Origin: a plasmid
Reading direction: 5' to 3' (one strand)
NCBI RefSeq assembly: GCF_056746865.1
Contig: NZ_JBWKMP010000003.1
Length of the DNA stretch: 64,000 nt
Shown here: piece by piece, positions 26,245 through 35,230 of the stretch
How positions within the stretch are numbered: position 1 is the first letter of the stretch
How the letters are laid out: each line of letters begins with the position of its first letter
Notes under the pieces: model-generated
What the model saw: only the letters and a program-made list of their open reading frames with translations
Told to the model about the DNA's origin: nothing
Databases searched by the model: none
Position numbers and translations under genes: made by a program

Positions 26245-27185
26245 TGAATCTGTCCATCTCTCAAAAAGCGACAATGACCAGCATTGAGATCGCGGAACTG
26301 GTAGGAAGTCGCCCAGATAGTGTGAAGAGAACTATCGAAACACTGGCTAAAAAGAGTGTGATTCAATTTCCACAATCTGTGGAAATTGAAAATAAACAAT
26401 CAGTTGGCCCTCGTCGATTTTCCAAGGCTTACATCTTTGAAGGCGAACAAGGAAAACGAGACAGCATCATTGTCGTCGCGCAGCTCTCTCCGGAATTTAC
26501 CGCCCGGCTGGTGGACCGCTGGCGCGAACTGGAGAATGCCCGGGTACAGTTAAAATCCAAAGCCGAAATCCTGGCCGAAATGGCGCAAATGCATCTTGAG
26601 CATGAACGCCGGATCAACGCCGTTAATGCCCAGGTAGCCGAAGTATCGGCACAAGTGTCCAGGGTCACCGAAACACTTGAGCAGATCAAGAAAGGCAATA
26701 TTCCAGAAGGCTACATTGGCTATCGCCAGTTGGCGGCAAAATGCGGCCTGACTGAAGCCAAATGCCGCAACCTGGTCAACGCTTACCGGATACCCACTGA
26801 TACGCATGAGTTTTTAACTCCCGACGGTTTGCTTGCGCGACGCTCCATTGTGGCCCTGGCCCCCTTCCGGAAAGCCTTTAAGCAGGTTATGTCGGAGGCA
26901 GAACCACGTAACAAACGCTGGTATCATCCCAGGATGGGGCTATTTCAGGCCATTCACCATCCTGTGCCTGAAAGTCCAAAGGCAAACCTGTCGTTGCATA
27001 CCGCCAGAGAGAAGATTAAAACAGGGTATGCAACCGTATGCCGTCGAGCATCCTGGCCTGAAAGTGTCTGGGTATGGCCCGAAAGAGGCTCACGGAAAAA
27101 CTGGCGCACCATTCGCGACGGCAAGATCTGTGCGATTGATTTACAGCCAGAAGATGTAGCAGCGACCGACTGGATTGTTAGTTAA
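26244..27185 (+). CDS. Rha-family phage regulatory protein / antirepressor-like
   Basis: 313 aa. N-terminal TMTSIEIAELVGSRPDSVKRTIETLAKK resembles the Rha/Ant N-domain; there is a central coiled coil. Confidence 0.5.
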   Translation: MNLSISQKATMTSIEIAELVGSRPDSVKRTIETLAKKSVIQFPQSVEIENKQSVGPRRFSKAYIFEGEQGKRDSIIVVAQLSPEFTARLVDRWRELENARVQLKSKAEILAEMAQMHLEHERRINAVNAQVAEVSAQVSRVTETLEQIKKGNIPEGYIGYRQLAAKCGLTEAKCRNLVNAYRIPTDTHEFLTPDGLLARRSIVALAPFRKAFKQVMSEAEPRNKRWYHPRMGLFQAIHHPVPESPKANLSLHTAREKIKTGYATVCRRASWPESVWVWPERGSRKNWRTIRDGKICAIDLQPEDVAATDWIVS

Positions 27186-27193
27186 TAGATTTG

Positions 27194-27216
27194 CCCCGGT
27201 CATGCCGGGGCTTTAA
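27194..27216 (+). terminator. hairpin GCCCCGGTCATGCCGGGGC followed by TTT
   Basis: 7-bp GC stem immediately after the ant-like stop. Confidence 0.5.
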
Positions 27217-27223
27217 CTACTAA

Positions 27224-27562
27224 GTGACCGGACACAGCAAAATGTATGCCACGAAAAAAATTGATTTCACTTATTCTTCCGCCACAATTGAGCGGCGCTT
27301 CACCCTCATTAGAGAGTTGGAACTGTCAAAAGTCTGGTATCAAATTCTACTGGATGAAGAGTTCTCACTGATGATAATGGCTGAAAAAGAAGCAATGCCG
27401 AATGACCGGCATAAAGTCATTGCCAGCCTTGACCTGGTGACAAACAGATACTGGGAGACAGAGGAACTGCGTGAAGCGGGAGTAATTCGTGACCTGATGG
27501 AGAGTTCCGTTCCCCGCCGCTATCGTGCGGGAAACGAAATCTCCGTGATTAAAGGGGCTTAA
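27224..27562 (+). CDS. hypothetical protein
   Basis: 112-aa ORF. Confidence 0.4.
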   Translation: MTGHSKMYATKKIDFTYSSATIERRFTLIRELELSKVWYQILLDEEFSLMIMAEKEAMPNDRHKVIASLDLVTNRYWETEELREAGVIRDLMESSVPRRYRAGNEISVIKGA

Positions 27563-27951
27563 AGCTCACCAGCACGCTGTTTTTCAAGCGTAGATTTAAC
27601 ATTGGGCGCTTTCCCTTTAAAAGAATGGAAAGTGCCACATTTTTCTGTTTTAACCTCGCGCAGAGCTTCGCCATCGGCGTTCTGCCATTGATGAGATAAC
27701 GTCATATCACCGCGAGAAGGAACATCCAGCGAGTACAACGTGTAAGTTCCCCCCATCTCGGCATACTCCTGGAACACATAGCTCATTACGTCAGATTCAG
27801 TTTTCCGGTGCGCGTTATCGACCTTATTCCCATTCAGAAATATGGCGTTCGGATAGATTTTTATATCAAACCTACCGCACTTCACTTGTAAATTCCCGGC
27901 GTGAGCGATCAAAGGGAAAGCTGCCAATAAAGCAATAGCTAATCTTTTCAA
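27559..27951 (-). CDS. exported protein with a cleavable signal peptide (periplasmic)
   Basis: 130 aa. MKRLAIALLAAFPLIAHA-GN is a classic Sec signal. Confidence 0.6.
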   Translation of the reverse strand: MKRLAIALLAAFPLIAHAGNLQVKCGRFDIKIYPNAIFLNGNKVDNAHRKTESDVMSYVFQEYAEMGGTYTLYSLDVPSRGDMTLSHQWQNADGEALREVKTEKCGTFHSFKGKAPNVKSTLEKQRAGEL

Positions 27952-27971
27952 TTCTGCCTCCGCTGCGTAAC

Positions 27972-28592
27972 TTATTGCCCGTATTGTTTACACCATTGCT
28001 CTGCCATTTGTGGGGCTAAAGGCCCAGCCACTGCGCTGTATTCTGCTGTTTTGCTTTGCACGCATGAGGCAGATGGTTTTTTATTGCGCTGTTCCTTGAG
28101 TTGTTTTTCATAGGCAACGATGGCATCGAAACCAGCTACATCTTCCTCCCTCATGAACCCTTTCTTGATCAGAAACTGCTGACCTTCCGGCACCAATGCT
28201 AGAGCATACAACGGCTGCAACAGCTCCCCCAATCCTTCCCGGCTATAAACTTGAAACTGCATCCAGCTTTTACTTAACGCTGTCATAGTGTCTTTGGTGG
28301 AATAGCCAGCCTTGCGTATAGCCTTGTCTAATCGATCTGCTGAATACGCAAACAAACAGAAATCGCCCTTTCCTGTAAACCCCGGTTCAACCGGTTGCAA
28401 CGTGATATTTTCTTTTTCGCAAAAGTCTATAAATTCATCAGGTCTATCGGTTTTATAGTCCCGCAATACCTTCAGTCCAGCCTCATACTTTGCAGGTAAC
28501 GCGCCTGCATAGGCAGCATTAAGAGAAACTCCCCCCAATATAACCGCGAGCACTGCTCCCAAAACCCTTAACTTCACAAAACCATCCTTCAT
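27972..28592 (-). CDS. exported protein with a signal peptide (periplasmic)
   Basis: 206 aa from MKDGFVKLRVLGAVLAVILGGVSLNAAYA. The upstream part of the track ORF lacks a coding look. Confidence 0.55.
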   Translation of the reverse strand: MKDGFVKLRVLGAVLAVILGGVSLNAAYAGALPAKYEAGLKVLRDYKTDRPDEFIDFCEKENITLQPVEPGFTGKGDFCLFAYSADRLDKAIRKAGYSTKDTMTALSKSWMQFQVYSREGLGELLQPLYALALVPEGQQFLIKKGFMREEDVAGFDAIVAYEKQLKEQRNKKPSASCVQSKTAEYSAVAGPLAPQMAEQWCKQYGQ

Positions 28593-28857
28593 GTAAACAA
28601 ACTGAAGTTTTATGTTACAAAAGCAAACATCTACGCCAAAATGACTTAGGCCAAATTCAGCGCGAATAAAAAAATCAAAAAAATTGTTGACACTATTCTG
28701 GAAATCACAATCTGGACAAAATCCATTGCGCAAACGGCTCCCGTTGAAGGTTCTTTTGACGACTAACTTTCAGCCGATGCGCGGTAGGGAGTCATAACGC
28801 CAAAGCAGGCCGCCATGTGCGGCCTTTTTTTGTGCCTGCTATCGTGGAGTAAAAGCC

Positions 28858-29511
28858 ATGCAAAAGATCGCAATATTCAGTCTTTCTACTAACAAGCCGC
28901 TGATGGCTACGGCAGTCCTGAAAGACGGCGCGCTTGTAATTGACAAAGTAAAGCCGCTCCCTGCATCTGCTATTGAACAAAAACGAAAAATTCCACCAGC
29001 AATTGCCGAGCTGCGTAAAAGTGAATTTAAGGTGCTGGTTGACGAAATCACGCCAACCATTTCAGCCGGTACAGGTGCCAGCCAGGTAACATTAAAAACA
29101 CGGCACGCCGACGGCAGAGCAGCGATCATTGTCGGCATGGAGAGATACCGGGAGCTGAAACTACAAAGGCTGCTATCCCTGCCTGACAAGAACAAAGGGG
29201 CATTTGAGATCCCCGACTCTATCGTCGATACCGAATACAACGGCAACGGTGAAGAGGTTTATCGAGTTAACTGGCAAGATATCCGACCAGAGCACATCCT
29301 GATGATTCTGTGCTGCTATGCAACGGTATACCACAATGTTGCCAGCGCGGATTACCTGAAACAAATGACAGGAGCGGTAGAGAAAGAAAACAAAGCAGGG
29401 ATAATGGCCTCGTTCCTGTCCATTATCAGCGATCAAAAAGCTAAAGCAGGAAATACCCAACCAAAATCGCTGGCCGGGCAAGTAATTGATGAAGATACGG
29501 TGATACTTTAA
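28858..29511 (+). CDS. hypothetical protein
   Basis: 217-aa ORF, first of a three-gene plus-strand cluster. Confidence 0.5.
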   Translation: MQKIAIFSLSTNKPLMATAVLKDGALVIDKVKPLPASAIEQKRKIPPAIAELRKSEFKVLVDEITPTISAGTGASQVTLKTRHADGRAAIIVGMERYRELKLQRLLSLPDKNKGAFEIPDSIVDTEYNGNGEEVYRVNWQDIRPEHILMILCCYATVYHNVASADYLKQMTGAVEKENKAGIMASFLSIISDQKAKAGNTQPKSLAGQVIDEDTVIL

Positions 29512-29842
29512 TCAACTCAGTAGCTTTGTTAACTCCCTTAATACCAGGTAGAAGAGTAACAAAAATACTAACGCCAGTATTTGCGTGGTCAACGAGGCGT
29601 TCATAAACAGAACAATTAGCTTTAACAATTCGAGAATAACGTCCATGTCATTCACACTATTTAATTTTTAATCTACAGCCAGCAAACAATGAAGCTGGCC
29701 CCCGCATAAAGATTAATGAAAGTCACTTGTCACCAGTGAGGGGATTTATGAACCACATCCCCCTGAACTGGTGGACTGTCTGTTTCTCGCATTTCACACC
29801 CTGCATACAGTTCCCCCCAGGTTATGACTGTGAGGAACTGTT

Positions 29843-30172
29843 ATGAGTTACAGCAGGCTCGACGATCGATGCATTGAAGACGATGTGCTGCGCGCACTAT
29901 TCCATCAGGAGATGATCAAGCGGGTATCGGAGTACCACTCCGATAATTTCCAGTACACGATAAAAATTGATGAGGTTTATCGCTCAGACCTGGCGGCCTA
30001 TCGCGCCTATGGCAACGCTGATTTGCGCTGGGTATTTCGCGTGCTGGTGGGCCATGAGTCAGAAATGGAAGAAATGCCGGTCGGGACAACGTTAACTCTT
30101 CCTGACGCAGCATGGCTAAGAAACAAGATTCGCGATTACGCTGGCTCGGCACCGGAGATAGAAAATGCCTGA
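29843..30172 (+). CDS. hypothetical protein
   Basis: 109-aa ORF. Stop overlaps the next gene by 8 nt. Confidence 0.5.
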   Translation: MSYSRLDDRCIEDDVLRALFHQEMIKRVSEYHSDNFQYTIKIDEVYRSDLAAYRAYGNADLRWVFRVLVGHESEMEEMPVGTTLTLPDAAWLRNKIRDYAGSAPEIENA

Positions 30173-31361
30173 CTTCCTGAAAAATCAGGACGGGCGATAT
30201 ATCACTGACGGCCTGTCCTCTAAGGATTTCACACGCGTATTTGAACTCATCAGGAAAGAGCAAAACCGCAAACGCCGCCAGGCGAACAGGACACTCACGC
30301 CGGGCAGGCTTAGGAATAAATCAGCCGAAGACATTCTTAAGCTGGGGAAAAAGAAAGGCGGCACGTTCTTTACGCGTGACGATCTGAAAGGCTTCGAAAA
30401 GCTGCGAAGCAAAGCACGCGAAAAATATGACAGCAAGACGGCTGGCATTACATACGCACAACTGGTAGCGTCCAGCCAGGCTATCGATATTAAGCGAGCA
30501 AATAACGCCGTAGACGACGGTTCTGGTATCAAAAGAGCTACGCCCGTATCTCTTCGTCACAATGTGATTAATATCCGCGTGGAAGCGTCCGATATATCCG
30601 TTCACCAGCACCACATTGTCCGGGTACGTTTTGAAGAATGGGATCAGATGGTCGATGACATCGCAGAAGACGATAAATCAGCCCTGAAAGTCACAAAATC
30701 ACTGTGTGCCGGGCGAGTGTCTTTCGACTGTGACTGCGGTCGCCATCAATACTGGTATCGCTACATCGCCACTGCGGGTAACTTTGCCCTGGCCCCGCCA
30801 AAAGAATACGCCTATCCAAAAGTTCGCAACCCTAAGCTGCAAGGCGTCGCCTGTAAACATGTGATCCACTCAATGACACGACTACAGTCTGCCAGTTGGC
30901 AGATGAGTATTGCTCGTGCGCTACAAAAGGCTGCAACGCAAATTGCATTTGGTGACGATCGCCGCCGTACAACCAAACACTTCTCAAAAGAAGACGAGAA
31001 GGAGTTTAATCGCAATCGTAGCAGTAAAACGAACGTTGAAGCCGCCAAACGCGAATGGAGGCTCTATCAGAAGCGCCAGGCAGCTTTAAGTACAAAACTG
31101 GCGAAGGACAACGGCAAGATCGACAAGCTACGTGACCAACTGACCAGGGCCAGAAAGTTGTCAGACGCACAGAAAAAACGAGCGGCAGCAAAAGAAGCGG
31201 CCTTGCAACGTGAGAAACAGAAAAACAAGGAGCTTCAGCAACGCCTTGCCGATCAGTTCGCACTGAAGAAGCAGGCGTTCATTGATGCGCTGGTCATGGC
31301 AGGAACGTCACCTGGGCAAGCTGAAAAAATGTTTATGGAGTACGTGAAGAAAGGTTCTTGA
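30165..31361 (+). CDS. SWIM zinc-finger protein with a Lys/Arg-rich coiled-coil C-terminus
   Basis: 398 aa. FDCDCGRHQYWY...(26 aa)...CKHVIH fits the SWIM CxCx(n)CxH signature. Confidence 0.55.
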   Translation: MPDFLKNQDGRYITDGLSSKDFTRVFELIRKEQNRKRRQANRTLTPGRLRNKSAEDILKLGKKKGGTFFTRDDLKGFEKLRSKAREKYDSKTAGITYAQLVASSQAIDIKRANNAVDDGSGIKRATPVSLRHNVINIRVEASDISVHQHHIVRVRFEEWDQMVDDIAEDDKSALKVTKSLCAGRVSFDCDCGRHQYWYRYIATAGNFALAPPKEYAYPKVRNPKLQGVACKHVIHSMTRLQSASWQMSIARALQKAATQIAFGDDRRRTTKHFSKEDEKEFNRNRSSKTNVEAAKREWRLYQKRQAALSTKLAKDNGKIDKLRDQLTRARKLSDAQKKRAAAKEAALQREKQKNKELQQRLADQFALKKQAFIDALVMAGTSPGQAEKMFMEYVKKGS

Positions 31362-31372
31362 TTGACAACAAA

Positions 31373-31391
31373 GGCGGTCATACAGACCGCC
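31373..31391. terminator. hairpin GGCGGTCATACAGACCGCC between convergent genes
   Basis: 7-bp stem; a T-rich tail is present on the minus strand. Confidence 0.45.
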
Positions 31392-31395
31392 GAAC

Positions 31396-31755
31396 TCATA
31401 CACCAACCAGGCTTTCAAGAGGAATGCCAAACTGGGAATGTAAACGACGAATCATAGGTAACGTTAAATTTCGTGTTCCATTTAGCACTTCGTAAACACG
31501 ATTTGACTTACCAATCGCCGGTTCCAGATCCTTCACGGTCAGCCCTTGCTGTTCCATACGGAATTTAATGGCCTCAATAGGTGATGGTGGCTCAATTGGG
31601 TAATGTTTTTTCTCGTACTCCTCAATGAGAAGACACATGACCTCAAAGAAATCACCTTCCGGGGTGTTCATTTCCGGTTCGTTATCGAACATCGGTTCGA
31701 CCGCACGCAGTGCGGCCTCATAATCTTGTTCTGTACGGATAGGTTTAATGTTCAT
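31396..31755 (-). CDS. HigA-like (E. coli YgjM-type) HTH antitoxin homologue with no cognate toxin (orphan)
   Basis: 119 aa from MNIKPIRTEQDYEAAL. The C-terminal HTH GLTVKDLEPAIGKSNRVYEVLNGTRNLTLPMIRRLHSQFGIP parallels E. coli HigA GLTLSDLPEIGSKSMVSRVLSGKRKLTLEHAKKLATRFGIS. Confidence 0.6.
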   Translation of the reverse strand: MNIKPIRTEQDYEAALRAVEPMFDNEPEMNTPEGDFFEVMCLLIEEYEKKHYPIEPPSPIEAIKFRMEQQGLTVKDLEPAIGKSNRVYEVLNGTRNLTLPMIRRLHSQFGIPLESLVGV

Positions 31756-31765
31756 TAATTCCAAA

Positions 31766-31793
31766 GGAAAGCCCACTTGTTAAGTGGGCTTTT
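31766..31793. terminator. hairpin GCCCACTTGTTAAGTGGGC plus TTTTT between the two antitoxin genes
   Basis: 6-bp stem with T/A runs on both strands. Confidence 0.45.
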
Positions 31794-31811
31794 TGTATGT
31801 GTTTAACTATA

Positions 31812-32150
31812 TCAGGCTGCTTTTTTATTCAGGTTCCGCTGAGAAATAAATTTTTCAGCAGTATTGATACGACTTAACTCTTCCTGAACGCGCATATCAT
31901 TTTCGACTTCCCACAGGTCTACTGCGGTCTGAAGATTAATCCAAAAATCTACAGAAGTATCGAATGCTTTTGCCAGGCGATATGCCATATCCATCGTTAG
32001 CTTACGATTGTTATTAACAAGAGCACTTACGGTGTTACGATGAACATGAAGTATTTCTGCTAACTCGTTGATCTTAAGCTCTAACGGCTCCAGGTATTCG
32101 TACAGCAGGATATCACCTACAGTCGTCGGTTTTCTGGTTGCCTGTTTCAT
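31812..32150 (-). CDS. higA: HigA antitoxin (XRE-family HTH)
   Basis: 112 aa. HTH ELAEILHVHRNTVSALVNNNRKLTMDMAYRLAKAF. Immediately downstream of higB. Confidence 0.75.
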   Translation of the reverse strand: MKQATRKPTTVGDILLYEYLEPLELKINELAEILHVHRNTVSALVNNNRKLTMDMAYRLAKAFDTSVDFWINLQTAVDLWEVENDMRVQEELSRINTAEKFISQRNLNKKAA

Positions 32151-32221
32151 TTTTTGCCCTTACTAGCGTGCGTATTAAGTGGACTCTGGTCAGTACCTGG
32201 CCCATCCGCCGGGTATTTGTT

Positions 32222-32524
32222 TTAGTATTTGTGAGGGTCGAGATACAAGTCCTCGGCCTTTCCGTTAACCCACTTAAAAATTAACCTGTATTGCTTATTC
32301 ACCCTTATTGATGAATAGCCGTTTAGCTTCCCTGACAATTCCTCATACCGATTACCTGGTGGTGATCTCAAGTCCTTCCAAGTAGTTGCAGCATTGATAA
32401 TATCCAGCTTCCGCAACAATGTAATCTGAATATCAGAAGGTATCTTTTTGTGTGGTATTGAAAATTCAAAAAAATCATCAAGCCACTCATCCCTGAAATT
32501 CTTTATGTTAATCTTTTTGCTCAT
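32222..32524 (-). CDS. higB: HigB toxin (RelE/ParE superfamily; plasmid maintenance killer family)
   Basis: 100 aa. FRDEWLDDFF...KKIPSDIQITLLRKLD...NRYEELSGKLNGYSSIRVNKQYRLIFKW is typical of HigB. Toxin-first gene order. Confidence 0.8.
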   Translation of the reverse strand: MSKKINIKNFRDEWLDDFFEFSIPHKKIPSDIQITLLRKLDIINAATTWKDLRSPPGNRYEELSGKLNGYSSIRVNKQYRLIFKWVNGKAEDLYLDPHKY

Positions 32525-32687
32525 CGATCATTTTATCCTCCATGATTATTAATGAATGTCATAATGATAGCGCACTGTTGCACCGTGCGCAAGTGCATAT
32601 TGTAACAATTCCCCTCCTCCATCCAAAATCACAATCTCCCGAAAATCTTCCTTTCGATACCTGATAAATCGACCTTTGAGGACGCTT

Positions 32688-33482
32688 ATGGGCCGTTTTG
32701 ATGAATGGCTTGCTGATGATGCAAGCCTGATGAGAAAGGGAACAGAACATGACAGCACGCAGAGAGAAGAGACAACGACGGTTGAAGCGAATGAAGGAAG
32801 CACAACGGAAAATGGGAAGGTCAGTACAGGGCCATTCAGTATTCTGGAAGAACACGCTGCCACCGAAGCAGATAGCCGCCATGATAATTGGCCTGATAAT
32901 GCTGGTGACTCTGTTACGGAAGTGATTGAACCTGACATCGCCCCCCTACCGGCATCGCTCGCTAACAGAGAACCAAACCAGCAGCTTAAAACCCGATATA
33001 ACGGACACAAAGCGTTCAACGACCAGATCCGCGCCGATTGGATGCTCATTATTGAATCAAGCCCTGACGCATTCGAGGCGCTTTTATATCGCCCGGCTGA
33101 TGGCACCTATGGCGTCGTAAACGATGAAACAGGTGAAGAGTCATTCACGCAACTGGACAACAACCAGCGTGAGCTTACCTATCTGGAACCGGAAATCGTA
33201 TACGTCCTGGACAACCCGGACGGAAGGGATTCGTTTCATGCCATTGATGCCGATGGAGAACAGGATGGTCTTGCTGATGAAGTGCTAATCCTGCGTATTG
33301 CTGCAAACAACGTACCTGTTGGTTCAATCCTGGAATGGAACGAAGAAATGGCGAATGGCCTCGCCCGCCGCTGGTGGTACGTGCACCGAATCTTCAGCTA
33401 CGGAACACAACACGTCGGCTCCCTTTATTACTGCATCCCGGCCAGGAACTTTGATACCACTCAAAACGGAGTGATCGAATGA
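32688..33482 (+). CDS. hypothetical acidic protein
   Basis: 264 aa from MGRFDEW, with GAGGA RBS. Confidence 0.45.
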   Translation: MGRFDEWLADDASLMRKGTEHDSTQREETTTVEANEGSTTENGKVSTGPFSILEEHAATEADSRHDNWPDNAGDSVTEVIEPDIAPLPASLANREPNQQLKTRYNGHKAFNDQIRADWMLIIESSPDAFEALLYRPADGTYGVVNDETGEESFTQLDNNQRELTYLEPEIVYVLDNPDGRDSFHAIDADGEQDGLADEVLILRIAANNVPVGSILEWNEEMANGLARRWWYVHRIFSYGTQHVGSLYYCIPARNFDTTQNGVIE

Positions 33483-34246
33483 CATCCAACAAAACTCTCC
33501 TGTCCCGCATTGGCGAGTGGCAGACAACGCGTACTGGAAAATTCCAGACAACTGGTCTGGAAAGAGTGGATAACGCTTTTGCTACGCTAATCAGTGACAT
33601 TTTTTCTGACGTAACGCTGGTGGAACCAGCAAAAGAAGAAAGGCGCTTTGCATCATTCCTGAGTCGCCCACCAGCGGAGCGTGTTTATGTTGCCCGTTTT
33701 GATAACGCGGTCGAGTTCCTTAAAGCGGTTCGCCGTGCTAATGCCGGGCAAGGGAGAAAGCCAGAGAATCCGAACATTAATCGCGATGCGCTCCCTCTGA
33801 TTAATATCTCGCGCTCAATGGATATCAGCTATATCAACAATGACCAGCAGATAGACCGCAAAAGCTGTGATCACTTCTGCGAACCTGGCAGCGGTATGCC
33901 TTTAGTAGCCCTGGAATACACCCAGGCAAATCTGACGTATGACGTTACATTAATGGCGACGGATAAGGCGACCATGAGTCTGATGTGTAATTCGCTAGGA
34001 GCACGTCTTCGCTTGATGGCAGGAACGCAGTTTGAAGCAACAACCCCGCTGGTACGAGTACCCGTCCCGCTAATTTGCGCGATTCAGGATGCTAAAGACA
34101 TCAGTTTTACTGATGTTTCAGCCCCAATTGGGGAAGAGCGTATTTATGCTGCACAAACGGCAATTAGTGTTATAGCAGACGTGATCACCGCCTGGGAGCT
34201 GGACGCGAAACGAATTATTACTGAAACCTCTCTGAGAATGGGGTAA
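33479..34246 (+). CDS. hypothetical protein (baseplate-associated by position)
   Basis: 255 aa, overlapping and preceding the hub/spike genes. Confidence 0.45.
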   Translation: MTSNKTLLSRIGEWQTTRTGKFQTTGLERVDNAFATLISDIFSDVTLVEPAKEERRFASFLSRPPAERVYVARFDNAVEFLKAVRRANAGQGRKPENPNINRDALPLINISRSMDISYINNDQQIDRKSCDHFCEPGSGMPLVALEYTQANLTYDVTLMATDKATMSLMCNSLGARLRLMAGTQFEATTPLVRVPVPLICAIQDAKDISFTDVSAPIGEERIYAAQTAISVIADVITAWELDAKRIITETSLRMG

Positions 34247-34249
34247 GCC

Positions 34250-35230
34250 ATGTCCCAGGAGCTACAGCAATACTTTCTACAGTCCGTTACCATCAACGGA
34301 AACAAAGTACCCAGGGAGTGGATATTCACTGCCGTATATGTGGAAAAGGCAAACCTGCGTGCACCATTGCTGAAACTGGAAATTCACGACATTACCGGCA
34401 CCATAATTGATGACTGGAAAACAAAATACGGCGCAGCACTGGTTGCAGAGATGGGAGATCCACAAGGCAATTCAGGCACGTTTAAAACAACTTTTTTCGT
34501 AACATCTGCGGTGCTGGCTGGTGATGTCATCACGGTCATTGCAGTCAGTGAAGACGTTCGGATATTTAAGATCCCCGCCATACGGGCTAACCTGCATACA
34601 AATAAAACGCCTGATACCATTTTCAAGACGTATACCGGTACACTGAAAATCGCCTCCAGCGCATTGAAACGAAGCTGTACGTACCATCTTTCCGCCGGGG
34701 AAAAACCCTCCAAAATGCTATCTGAAATGGCCCGCGATAAAGGCGCTTTATGCTGGGCCTGCCGTGGTCAGTTTAACTTTTATACATTAGCTGACCTTAT
34801 GAAAGCCAAACCATCATTCACCTATGAAGGGAACAACCCCAGGGCGGAATACACGATTTCAAAAATGAGGCTTATACAGCAAGAGTATGCCGTTACGGCA
34901 AATACTCAGTATCGATTTACCGGCTATTCAATGACTGAAGGCTATGTCGAATATGGCGATAGCTCACTTCCAATACGCTATATATCCGATCCGGATATGG
35001 AAACTCTGCGCAATATGCAATTGTCGCTCGTACCCAAAATGGATATTGAGGTCGCGGGTAATCCCGACATCACGCCGGGAATGGTTATTGAGATCCTCGT
35101 GTATCGTTACGACCAGGAAAATAAGCTGGACGAATCGTTGCCTCGTAAGCTGTTGGTGAAAAACGTAGCCCATTTTGAGGACCGGATCGGCTATACAACA
35201 CGAATGATATTAGGAGTACCCAACCAGTGA
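34250..35230 (+). CDS. putative baseplate hub protein (gpD / Mu gp44-like position)
   Basis: 326 aa immediately upstream of, and overlapping, the gpV-like spike gene. No motif-level proof. Confidence 0.35.
   Translation: MSQELQQYFLQSVTINGNKVPREWIFTAVYVEKANLRAPLLKLEIHDITGTIIDDWKTKYGAALVAEMGDPQGNSGTFKTTFFVTSAVLAGDVITVIAVSEDVRIFKIPAIRANLHTNKTPDTIFKTYTGTLKIASSALKRSCTYHLSAGEKPSKMLSEMARDKGALCWACRGQFNFYTLADLMKAKPSFTYEGNNPRAEYTISKMRLIQQEYAVTANTQYRFTGYSMTEGYVEYGDSSLPIRYISDPDMETLRNMQLSLVPKMDIEVAGNPDITPGMVIEILVYRYDQENKLDESLPRKLLVKNVAHFEDRIGYTTRMILGVPNQ

Noticed and set aside
29512-29646. 44-aa hydrophobic minus-strand ORF in the 330-bp gap between 28858..29511 and 29843..30172
   Set aside because: No RBS and convergent with the upstream gene. 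Kept only as a remote possibility of a small membrane peptide.
32549-33106. 185-aa and 107-aa minus-strand ORFs overlapping 32688..33482
   Set aside because: Ser/Cys-rich antisense translations of an acidic plus-strand gene. No RBS and no coding signal.
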